From Planctomycetota bacterium (GTDB lineage: Bacteria > Planctomycetota > B15-G4 > SIAN01), in contig JANNXA010000037.1 in assembly GCA_031409275.1 (NCBI GenBank), forward strand, positions 32,001 to 96,000: DNA of 64,000 bases. The letters run 5' to 3'. Below the pieces are notes generated by a model. It did no database searches. It was not told the DNA's origin and saw only the letters and a program-made list of their open reading frames with translations. The position numbers were made by a program, and so were the translations under genes. Positions 37,772 to 46,387 of the stretch are shown piece by piece; the first letter of the stretch is position 1; the number at the start of each line of letters is the position of its first letter.

Positions 37772-39346
37772 TCACAGCGTCTTGAGGAACGCGATCAACG
37801 CCGACTTCTCCTCGTCGCTCAAGTCGAGGCCGTACTCATGGCCGGGCACGGCGCGTTGTTTCACGCCGGGACCGCGCCAGCCGCTCGGCACGTAGTCGGG
37901 TTCGAGGCGGGCGCGGTCGAACCACTCTTCGAGGGTCGCGATCGAGCCCGAGTGCTCCAGCAGCTCGCGGTACCAGAGGCCGCGCAAGGTCGGCACTCGG
38001 TAGTAGCCGGTGCCCTTTCGCGTCTGCAGCGCGAGGCCGGGATCGGTGTCGATCTTGTAGTCGGAGATGTGGAGGCGGGCGGTCGCCGGATCGCGCGGGT
38101 CGGGCTCGAAGTCGGCGACGCGGAACAGTTCGTTGCTGGTGTAGAGCGGCGCGGGGTGGCACTGCGCGCACCCTTCGTGCTCGAAGACCGACAGGCCGTC
38201 GCGCGCCTTCGCGTCGAGCGGATGCGGGCTCGCCACGTGCTCGAGCGAAGCGAGGTAGAGGCCGAGCGCATACGCCGCGGCGTCGGAGGGCCGGTTCTTC
38301 AGCTGCGTGTTGCGCTCGGTGATGAAGCGGTGGGGGCCGAAGACGGCGTTGTCGGCGAACTCGACCAGGATCGCGTAGCGCGCGAGGTCCTCCGGCCCGC
38401 GATTGACGTGGGTGCCGGTCGCGTCGAGGTAGCGCCGCTTCCCGACGCCGATCAGGTCGACCATGCGCGTCGTGAAGTAGGGGCTGCCGTTGAAGCGGTT
38501 GAACGTGGGGCCGACCGGGCCGCCGTCGTCCAACGCATCGAACGCGGCAAAGAGCTCGTCCGGCGCGTTCTTCCACTTTGCATGGAGATCGTCGGCGCGC
38601 CAGGGGACGCCGAAGAACTGCCAGAACTTCGCCCCCTTCTTCAGCGGCGGCTGCGGATCGAAGCCGGCCAGCAGCGCCCGCTCGGCGACGGTCGGCGCGA
38701 GGTCGTAGTTCGACGGCGCGCCGCGCAGCACGCTGCCGTCGGCCATCAAGTGGGTGTGGCACGACGCGCAGCTGCCGAGCGACAGCTTCAGCCTCCCGTC
38801 GCGCTCCACGACCCAGCGGTAGTCGAGGACGATGCCCTCCTTCGTCACGACGTCGTGGCGAGCATCGCGCGCCGCATCGAACGCCGACGCGTCGCTGAAG
38901 TGGGCGAGCGCCGCCGCGTCGTCGGTGCGCGCGATCGCCGTATCGAGCTGCTCGAAGACGCGCTCGCCCGCCGCGATCCACTCCGCCTTCGTCAAGAGCC
39001 GCTCCGGCTCGATCAGCGGCTGCGGGCCCTGCGCCCTCATCCAGTCGCGATACCCCTTCGGCTCGCGAGCGGGGTGGTAGACCGGGTAGGTGCGCAGGTC
39101 ATCGACCGGTGCGGCGTAGTACTCCGCTTCGCTGAAGTGGCCGGGCGCGACGCCAAGCCCCGCGACCGGTGTCGCCCATTCGGCGAGCGCCGCGTCGCTC
39201 CAGAGCTTCGGGATCGGGACGCCGTCGAGGGTGGGGTGGGGCGCCTGGCTCGCGTCCGTCTGCGCCATCGCGATCGTCGGGCCGAGAATCGACGCTGCGA
39301 CGAGCTGCGCGGTCCGACCGAGCTTCTGCCTCATCAACTTGATCAT
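37772..39346 (-). CDS. Exported di-heme c-type cytochrome (cytochrome c peroxidase/RoxA-like fold)
   Basis: Two CxxCH motifs (CASCH, CAQCH); YRVPTLRGLW...EHSGS..TLEE; GHEYG.DLS.EEK.ALIAFLKTL. Confidence 0.8.
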   Translation of the reverse strand: MIKLMRQKLGRTAQLVAASILGPTIAMAQTDASQAPHPTLDGVPIPKLWSDAALAEWATPVAGLGVAPGHFSEAEYYAAPVDDLRTYPVYHPAREPKGYRDWMRAQGPQPLIEPERLLTKAEWIAAGERVFEQLDTAIARTDDAAALAHFSDASAFDAARDARHDVVTKEGIVLDYRWVVERDGRLKLSLGSCASCHTHLMADGSVLRGAPSNYDLAPTVAERALLAGFDPQPPLKKGAKFWQFFGVPWRADDLHAKWKNAPDELFAAFDALDDGGPVGPTFNRFNGSPYFTTRMVDLIGVGKRRYLDATGTHVNRGPEDLARYAILVEFADNAVFGPHRFITERNTQLKNRPSDAAAYALGLYLASLEHVASPHPLDAKARDGLSVFEHEGCAQCHPAPLYTSNELFRVADFEPDPRDPATARLHISDYKIDTDPGLALQTRKGTGYYRVPTLRGLWYRELLEHSGSIATLEEWFDRARLEPDYVPSGWRGPGVKQRAVPGHEYGLDLSDEEKSALIAFLKTL

Positions 39347-39513
39347 CACGGCCTCCGCTCCTCGTCCCTGGATTCTGGCGGTCCGACTGGTTGGAGACGC
39401 TCCGAGCGTTCCGGCCTCCTCCACCGTGAACCGATTCGCCCGCCATTCGTGTCCGGTGGCCGTGTCGCGCCCGAGGGCTACGATCCGCGCTTCGCTCCCA
39501 CTGCGAGCTCACG

Positions 39514-40758
39514 ATGCCCGAAGCCCCGCTGAAACTCCTCCTCGACGCCGACCTCTTCGCGCCCGCGCCACGCGGGCGTTGCGATCTGCTGATCGCCGGC
39601 GAGCGAATCGTCTGGGTCGGGGCGGCGGGCAACGCAGTGCCGCGCGAGCTGCGTGACGGTCTCGCGCGCCACCTCGGTACCGAGACGGTCGAGCTGCGCG
39701 GTCGTCGCCTGATCCCTGGCTTGATCGATGGTCACGTCCACCTCACGGGTGGTGGCGGCGAGGATGGCTTCAAGACGCGCGTGCCGCCGCTGCCGCTCAC
39801 CAACTTCACGAAGAGCGGCATCACGACGGTGGTGGGGGTGCTCGGCACCGACGACGTCACGCGCGGGACGGCAGGGCTCGTGGCGCAGACGCGCGGGCTG
39901 CGCGAGCAGGGGCTCTCGGCGTGGTGCATGACCGGCGGCTACCACCTGCCGCCCGTGACCGTGACCGGCAGCGTGCGCGGCGACCTGGTGCTGATCGAGT
40001 GCATCATCGGTTGCGGCGAGGTGGCGCTGTCGGACCACCGCTCGAGCCAGCCGACGCTCGAAGAGGTGCTCAAGCTCGCGGCCGATTGTCACGTGGGCGG
40101 GCTGCTCGGCAAGAAGGCGGGCACGCTCCATCTGCACCTGGGCGATGGCGCGCGCGGCCTCGAACTGATCGAGCAGGCGATCACCACCAGCGAGCTGCCG
40201 GCTCGCGTCTTCCATCCGACGCACTTGAACCGCAAGAAGCGGTTGCTGCGCGATGCGCTGGCGCTGGCCGGTCGCTTCGCGGCCGAGTCGGCGCGTGGCG
40301 TCGCCGGACGCGAATGGCACCTCGACTTCACGGCGTTCCCCGTTGCGCCCGAGGAGGACGCGGTGACGGCCGACGCGGCGCTGGTCGAGTACCTCGCGGC
40401 CGGACTGCCGGCCGATCGCGTGACGGTCAGTTCCGACGGCGGCGGCAGCCTTCCCGAGTTCGACGGCAACGGCTGCTGCGTCGGGCTCGGCGTCGGGCGG
40501 CCGGGCGCGCTGGCGGAGGCGCTCGCGGCGCTGATGGCCCAGGGGCAGCCGCTCGCGCGCGTGCTGCCCGCGTTCACTTCGAACTGGGCGAACCTTCTCC
40601 GTCTCCCGACCAAGGGCTATATCGACGCGGGCCGCGACGCCGACCTCTGCGTTCTGGACGAGCAGGGACGGGTGAGCGACGTCATGGCACGGGGGATGTG
40701 GCACGTCCGGGATGGCCGCGCGCAAGTGCTCGGAACCTTCGAGCGCGCGGACACCTGA
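39514..40758 (+). CDS. iadA: Isoaspartyl dipeptidase (beta-aspartyl peptidase)
   Basis: PGLIDGHVHLTGGGGEDG, GITTVVGVLGTD, GEVALSDHRSSQP, HLHLGDG, PTHLNR, SSDGGGSLP. Confidence 0.93.
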   Translation: MPEAPLKLLLDADLFAPAPRGRCDLLIAGERIVWVGAAGNAVPRELRDGLARHLGTETVELRGRRLIPGLIDGHVHLTGGGGEDGFKTRVPPLPLTNFTKSGITTVVGVLGTDDVTRGTAGLVAQTRGLREQGLSAWCMTGGYHLPPVTVTGSVRGDLVLIECIIGCGEVALSDHRSSQPTLEEVLKLAADCHVGGLLGKKAGTLHLHLGDGARGLELIEQAITTSELPARVFHPTHLNRKKRLLRDALALAGRFAAESARGVAGREWHLDFTAFPVAPEEDAVTADAALVEYLAAGLPADRVTVSSDGGGSLPEFDGNGCCVGLGVGRPGALAEALAALMAQGQPLARVLPAFTSNWANLLRLPTKGYIDAGRDADLCVLDEQGRVSDVMARGMWHVRDGRAQVLGTFERADT

Positions 40759-40905
40759 CGGGTCGTCGCGAGCCGCGGAGACGTTTCCGCCGGCGCCGCG
40801 ATCGCGTGGGTGCGGACCGACTCTGCGCCGACGTGACGGGGGGTGGTCGGGCTGCGTCGACGCGGCGCCGCGACGTTTCACACCTCCTCGAGGGCCACTC
40901 CGCCC

Positions 40906-41748
40906 ATGAGCTCGAAGCAACGTCGCGGATTCGTCGTCCCCATCGGCGGGGCGGAAGAGAAGGAACACCACCCGCGCATCCTCGAACGTTTCGTCGAGCT
41001 GTGCGGCGGCAAGCGGGCGCGACTGGCGGTGATCCCGACCGCGTCGCAGCTGAAGACGACCGGCCCGACCTACGAGCACGTCTTCCATGACCTGTGCGGC
41101 GTCGAGCGCGTCGACGTGCTCAACTACCTTGATCGCCGCGACGCCGACCGGCGCGACTGGCTCGAGATCTTGAAGCGGGCCGACGGTGTCTTCGTGACCG
41201 GCGGCAACCAGATGCGCCTCACCACGGTCCTCGGTGGCACCGAGGTGACGTCGCTCCTGCGCGAGCGCAATCGTCGGGATGGCCTCCATCTCGCCGGCAC
41301 GTCGGCCGGCGCCGCCTTCGTCTCCGAGCACATGATCGCGAGCGGCGAGGAGGGCCCGACGCCGCACGAGGGGATGGTGCAGCTCGCGAGCGGCCTGGGC
41401 GTCGTCGCCAAGCTCATCGTCGATCAACACTTCCGCCAGCGCGATCGACTCGGCCGCCTGATCAGCGCCATCGCCGCCGTGCCGCAAGCGATCGGCATCG
41501 GCCTCGACGAGGACACCGCCGCGTTCATCGGCCCCGACGAGGACATCGCCGTCGTCGGCAGCGGCGCCGTCACGATCGTCGACCCCGCCGAGATGGAGTT
41601 CACGTCGATCGACGACGCGCCCGCGCATGCACCGATCAGCGTGGTCAATCTGCGCATCCACGTCCTCACCGAAGGTGGCCATTACGACATGAAGCGCCGT
41701 AAGGCGACGCGGCCGCAGCCGCATCCGTCGGAGTCCCACAAGTCATGA
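40906..41748 (+). CDS. cphB: Cyanophycinase
   Basis: IGGAEEK, IPTAS, TGGNQMRL, AGTSAGA, DQHFRQRDRLGRL, IGLDEDTA; ATGA overlap with cphA. Confidence 0.93.
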   Translation: MSSKQRRGFVVPIGGAEEKEHHPRILERFVELCGGKRARLAVIPTASQLKTTGPTYEHVFHDLCGVERVDVLNYLDRRDADRRDWLEILKRADGVFVTGGNQMRLTTVLGGTEVTSLLRERNRRDGLHLAGTSAGAAFVSEHMIASGEEGPTPHEGMVQLASGLGVVAKLIVDQHFRQRDRLGRLISAIAAVPQAIGIGLDEDTAAFIGPDEDIAVVGSGAVTIVDPAEMEFTSIDDAPAHAPISVVNLRIHVLTEGGHYDMKRRKATRPQPHPSESHKS

Positions 41749-44543
41749 AGATCGTCGAGACCAGCGTCTACGTCGGCCCCAACCTCTACGCGACCTTCCC
41801 GGTCATCCGCCTCACGCTCGACCTCGGCGAGCTCGAGCATTGGCCGACCGCGAAGCTCGGCCCCTCCTTCGTCGAGGCGCTGCTCGCCGCGCTGCCCGGC
41901 CTCGCCGACCACGGCTGCAGCTACGAGGAGAAGGGCGGCTTCCTGCGTCGAATGCGCGAGGGCGAGGGGACGTGGCTTGGCCACGTGCTCGAGCACGTCG
42001 CCATCGAGTTGCAGAACATCACGGGCGAACACGTCACCTTCGGCAAGACGCGCGGCGCCGGACCGGTCGGCCACTACCACGTCGTCTACGAGTACGAGGC
42101 GGAGGAGGTCGGCCTCGAAGCCAGCCGCCTCGCGCTGACGCTGCTCCATTCGTTGCTGCCGGCGAATCTGCGCCCTGCCGGTGCGGTGGGCGGCGACTGG
42201 AAGTGGGAGGAGAAGCGCGACGAGTTCATCAAGGTCGCGCAGCGCCTGGCCCTCGGCCCCTCGACGAACTCGCTGGTGAAGGCGGCCGAATCGCGCGACA
42301 TCCCGTGGCTGCGGTTGAACCGCTACAGCCTGATCCAGTTCGGCCACGGCAAGTGGCAGAAGCGCATCCAGGCGACCATCACCAGCGAGACGCGCCACAT
42401 CGCCGTCGCCATCGCCTCCGACAAGGACGAGACCAACCGGATCTTCGCCGACCTCGGCCTGCCGGTGCCCAAACAGTCGCTGGTCTACAGCGATCGCGAG
42501 GCGATCCGCGCCGCCGAGAAGATCGGCTGGCCGGTGGTCGTGAAACCGCTCGATGCCAACCACGGTCGCGGCGTCGCGATCCGCCTCATGACGCCGGAGC
42601 AGGTCTCGGCGGCGTTCGTGGCCGCGCGCGAGCACAGCCGCGGCGTCATCGTCGAGAGCTTCATCGAGGGCTTCGACCATCGTCTGCTGGTGGTGAATGG
42701 CGAGCTGGTCGCGGCGGCGTTGCGCAAGCCGGGCCACGTCGCGGGCGACGGCGTCCACACCATCGAGCAACTCGTCGAGATCGTGAACCAGGATCCGCGG
42801 CGCGGCGTCGGCCACGAGAAGGTGCTGACGAAGCTCGACTTCGACGCGCAGGCGCTACGGCTGCTGGAGAAGAAGGGCTACTCCAAGACGACCGTGCCGG
42901 CCAAGGGCGAGGAGGTCTTCCTGCGCTCGACCGGCAACCTCTCGACCGGCGGCACCTCGGTCGACGTGACCGACACGATCCATCCCGACAACCGCGAGAT
43001 GGCGGTGCGGGCGGCGATGGCGATCGGGCTCGACATCGCGGGCGTCGATTTCCTCACCCCCGACATCACGCGCAGCTATCGCGAAGTGGGCGGCGGCATC
43101 TGCGAGATCAACGCGGCGCCAGGCTTCCGCATGCACGTCGCGCCGACCGAGGGCCATCCGCGCGACGTCGCCGCACCCGTGATGGAGATGCTCTTCCCGG
43201 CCGGCTCGCCGGCCCGCATCCCGATCGCCGCGGTGACCGGCACCAACGGCAAGACGACGACCACGCGCATGATCGCGCACGTCTTCAAGATGAACGGGTG
43301 GCACCCGGGGCTCGCGACGACCGACGGCGTCTACAGCAACGGCCACCTGACCATCGCCGGCGACATGACCGGCCCGACCGCCGCGCGCATGGTGCTGCGC
43401 GATCCGATCGTCGATGTCGCGGTGCTGGAGACGGCGCGCGGCGGGCTGCTGCGGCGCGGCATGGGCTACCAGCGCTGCAACGTCGCCGCGGTGACCAACA
43501 TCGCGGCGGATCATCTCGGATTGAAGGGCGTCAACACGCTCGAGGAGCTCGCGCGCGTCAAGCGGATCATCGTCGAGGTGGCCAGCGACTACGCGGTGCT
43601 GAACGCGGATGACCCCTACTGCCTGCGCATGGCCGACCACACCAAGGCGAAGATCTGCTACGTCACGATGGATCCGGGCCATTCGCTGGTGAAGGAGCAC
43701 ATCCGCGCCGGCGGCCGCGCCGTCGTCCTCGAAGACGGCATCAACGGCCAGATGATCACCCTCTACGACAAGGGCGCCCACATGCCCTTGCTGTGGACCC
43801 ACCTCATCCCGGCGACGCTCGACGGCCGCGCGCTGCACAACGTGCAGAACGCGATGTTCGCGGCGGCGGTCACCTTCTCCATGGGCATCAAGCTCGAAGG
43901 GATCCGCCACGCGCTGCAGACCTTCGACACGACGTTCTTCCAGGCTCCGGGCCGCATGAACGTCTGCAACGAGCACCCGTTCCGCGTCATCCTCGACTAC
44001 GGCCACAACCCGCACGCCATCAAGTCGATGGTCGACCTCGTCGAGCGCCTCGCCCCGAAGGGCAAGCGGATCCTCGTCGTGGCCGCGCCGGGCGATCGAC
44101 GCGACGAAGATGTGCGCGAGATCGCCTCGCACTGCGCCGGCCACTTCGACACCTACATCTGCCGTCGCGACGACAATCCGCGCGGCCGCGGTCCCGACGA
44201 GATCCCGCAGATGCTGGCGGCGACGTTGCGCGCGAAGGGTGTGCGCGACGACCAGATCCATGTCATCGCCGACGAGCAGGAGGCGCTCCAGGCCGCGCTG
44301 CAGATGGCGCGCAAGGAAGATCTGGTGCTGGCCTTCGGCGACGCCATCACGCGTTGCTGGAACCAGATCACCCGCTTCCGGCCGGAGTTCGGAGATGCAC
44401 GGCCGAAGTCGTTCGAGGCGACTCCCGCGCCGGTGAAGATGGAACTGCGCGACTCGCTGCGCGACGAGGTGCGGTCCGGCTACGAGCGCCTGATCCGCGA
44501 CGAGCGCGGCGTGCGCCTCGCTCGCGAGGAGAGCGAGGACTGA
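41745..44543 (+). CDS. cphA: Cyanophycin synthetase CphA1
   Basis: N domain GPNLY..HVLEHVAIELQ; ATP-grasp VVKPLDANHGRGV, NLSTGG, EINAAPGFRMH; Mur-like VTGTNGKTTT, ETARGG, DYGHNP, GDRRDED. Confidence 0.97.
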   Translation: MKIVETSVYVGPNLYATFPVIRLTLDLGELEHWPTAKLGPSFVEALLAALPGLADHGCSYEEKGGFLRRMREGEGTWLGHVLEHVAIELQNITGEHVTFGKTRGAGPVGHYHVVYEYEAEEVGLEASRLALTLLHSLLPANLRPAGAVGGDWKWEEKRDEFIKVAQRLALGPSTNSLVKAAESRDIPWLRLNRYSLIQFGHGKWQKRIQATITSETRHIAVAIASDKDETNRIFADLGLPVPKQSLVYSDREAIRAAEKIGWPVVVKPLDANHGRGVAIRLMTPEQVSAAFVAAREHSRGVIVESFIEGFDHRLLVVNGELVAAALRKPGHVAGDGVHTIEQLVEIVNQDPRRGVGHEKVLTKLDFDAQALRLLEKKGYSKTTVPAKGEEVFLRSTGNLSTGGTSVDVTDTIHPDNREMAVRAAMAIGLDIAGVDFLTPDITRSYREVGGGICEINAAPGFRMHVAPTEGHPRDVAAPVMEMLFPAGSPARIPIAAVTGTNGKTTTTRMIAHVFKMNGWHPGLATTDGVYSNGHLTIAGDMTGPTAARMVLRDPIVDVAVLETARGGLLRRGMGYQRCNVAAVTNIAADHLGLKGVNTLEELARVKRIIVEVASDYAVLNADDPYCLRMADHTKAKICYVTMDPGHSLVKEHIRAGGRAVVLEDGINGQMITLYDKGAHMPLLWTHLIPATLDGRALHNVQNAMFAAAVTFSMGIKLEGIRHALQTFDTTFFQAPGRMNVCNEHPFRVILDYGHNPHAIKSMVDLVERLAPKGKRILVVAAPGDRRDEDVREIASHCAGHFDTYICRRDDNPRGRGPDEIPQMLAATLRAKGVRDDQIHVIADEQEALQAALQMARKEDLVLAFGDAITRCWNQITRFRPEFGDARPKSFEATPAPVKMELRDSLRDEVRSGYERLIRDERGVRLAREESED

Positions 44544-44547
44544 ACGG

Positions 44548-46320
44548 GTGACCACGCCGACCTACCGCGCCGCGAAGCTGACCCAAGTTGATTCGCGGCG
44601 ACTCCCAGGCAAGAACCGCTTCTTCGATGGGCCGGCCGCGATCCTCGACGTCGCCGGTCCGGCGGAGCAGGTGGCGCGCCTCGTCGCCCGATGGCAGCAC
44701 CACGTGCGCGTCTTGCTGACCGCGGTCGGCTGGGGCGACGCGCCGATCGCCACGCGCCTCTTCGGCGGCGGCGACGGCTCGAGCAGCGGCGCCAACCTCG
44801 CCTTCGCGGCGCCGCTCGACGCGCTCTACGCAGCCACGGAAGTGAACGAAGCGGCCTTCGAGTCCGCGAAGAGCGAGGTCGAAGGTGGAACTCCGTTGCA
44901 GCCGGGCGAGGCGCGCTTCGACGAGGCGGTCGCGACGCTGCGCTCGAAGATCGCTGCCGAGCGCCATCCGGCGCTGCTCGCTCTGCGCGATGCGTGCGCG
45001 GCGCGGCGAGTGAGCTGCGTGGTCGACGACGAGGTCGTCTCGATCGGGATCGGCCGCGGCTCGCAGAGCTTCGAGCGCAAGGCGCTGCCGGCTCCCGACG
45101 CGGTCGACTGGAGCGCGGTGCACGACGTGCCGGTGGCGTTGGTGACCGGCACGAATGGCAAGTCGACCACGGTCCGAGTGCTTGCGGCCATCGCCACCGC
45201 GGCCGGCTGCGTGCCCGGCTTCTCGACCTCCGATTGGGTGAAGGTCGGGGACGAGGTGCTCGATCGCGGCGACTACTCGGGACCGTCGGGCGCGCGCATG
45301 GTGCTGCGCGATCGACGGGTTGGCGCGGCGATCCTCGAGACAGCGCGCGGCGGGATGTTGCGCCGTGGGCTGGCGCTAGGGCGCGTCGACGCGGCCGCCA
45401 TCACCAACGTGACGACCGACCACTTAGGCGAGTTCGGCGTCGCCAGCATGGACGACCTCGTCGAGGCCAAGGTGATCGTGCGACGGGCGGTTTCTGCCGA
45501 CGGGCTCCTGGTGCTCAACGCCGAGGATCCGCTGCTGGTCGAGCGCGCGACGCGCATGAGCGAACCGATCGGCTGGTTCAGTCGCGAGCCGACGCTGCCG
45601 CACGTCATCGAGCACCTCGCGCGGGGTGGCGAGGCGGCGTTGGTCGAGGAGGGTTGGCTGGTGCTGGCGCGTGGAGCGCGGCGCGAGCGGCTGCTGCCGA
45701 TCGTCGACGCGCCGAACACGCTGCGCGGCGCCGCGCGCCACAACGTGGCCAACCTGCTTTGCGCGGCGCTGATCGCGCGACGCATGGGGTTCGATGCCCA
45801 CGCGATCGCGGCGGGCATGCGCGCGTTCCATGGCACGCCGGAAGAGAATCCCGGTCGCGGCAACGTGGTCCATTTCGGCGGCGTCACGGCGATCGTCGAC
45901 TTCGCTCACAACCCCGACGGCATCCGCGTGGTCATGGAGATGGCCGCGGCGCTGCCGGTGAAACGGCGCCTGCTGGTGATCGGGCAGGCGGGCGATCGCG
46001 ATGACGCCTCGATCCGCGAGTTCGCCGCCGCGGCGGCCGCGTTCCATCCCGATCGCGTGGTGATCAAGGAGATGGAGAAGTACCTGCGAGGCCGCGAGCC
46101 GGGGGTGATCCCGACGTTGCTGGCCGACGAGTTCGTCCGTTGCGGCGTCGGGCGTGAGCAGCTCGACCATGCGCCTTCGGAGCTCGCCGCCGTGGAGCAG
46201 GCGCTGGCCTGGGCGAAACCGGGCGACCTGCTGATCTTGCTGGCCCATACCGACCGCGCGAAGGTGCTCGCGCGCGTGCAGGAACTCGTGGTCGCCGACG
46301 GTGCGCCCCGCGCCGACTGA
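44548..46320 (+). CDS. CphA-derived Mur-ligase family protein lacking the ATP-grasp domain
   Basis: VTGTNGKSTT, SGPSGARMVLRD, LETARGGMLRRG, TNVTTDHLG, LNAEDP, HNVAN, PGRGN, DFAHNP, GDRDD, all colinear with the CphA M domain. Starts 4 nt after the cphA stop. Confidence 0.88.
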   Translation: MTTPTYRAAKLTQVDSRRLPGKNRFFDGPAAILDVAGPAEQVARLVARWQHHVRVLLTAVGWGDAPIATRLFGGGDGSSSGANLAFAAPLDALYAATEVNEAAFESAKSEVEGGTPLQPGEARFDEAVATLRSKIAAERHPALLALRDACAARRVSCVVDDEVVSIGIGRGSQSFERKALPAPDAVDWSAVHDVPVALVTGTNGKSTTVRVLAAIATAAGCVPGFSTSDWVKVGDEVLDRGDYSGPSGARMVLRDRRVGAAILETARGGMLRRGLALGRVDAAAITNVTTDHLGEFGVASMDDLVEAKVIVRRAVSADGLLVLNAEDPLLVERATRMSEPIGWFSREPTLPHVIEHLARGGEAALVEEGWLVLARGARRERLLPIVDAPNTLRGAARHNVANLLCAALIARRMGFDAHAIAAGMRAFHGTPEENPGRGNVVHFGGVTAIVDFAHNPDGIRVVMEMAAALPVKRRLLVIGQAGDRDDASIREFAAAAAAFHPDRVVIKEMEKYLRGREPGVIPTLLADEFVRCGVGREQLDHAPSELAAVEQALAWAKPGDLLILLAHTDRAKVLARVQELVVADGAPRAD

Positions 46321-46387
46321 TCGGCGGCGACTGATCCGCGGCGGTCGCAGCGCGGTAGCTTGCGCCTCGTTCCTTTCGGAGTTGCTC

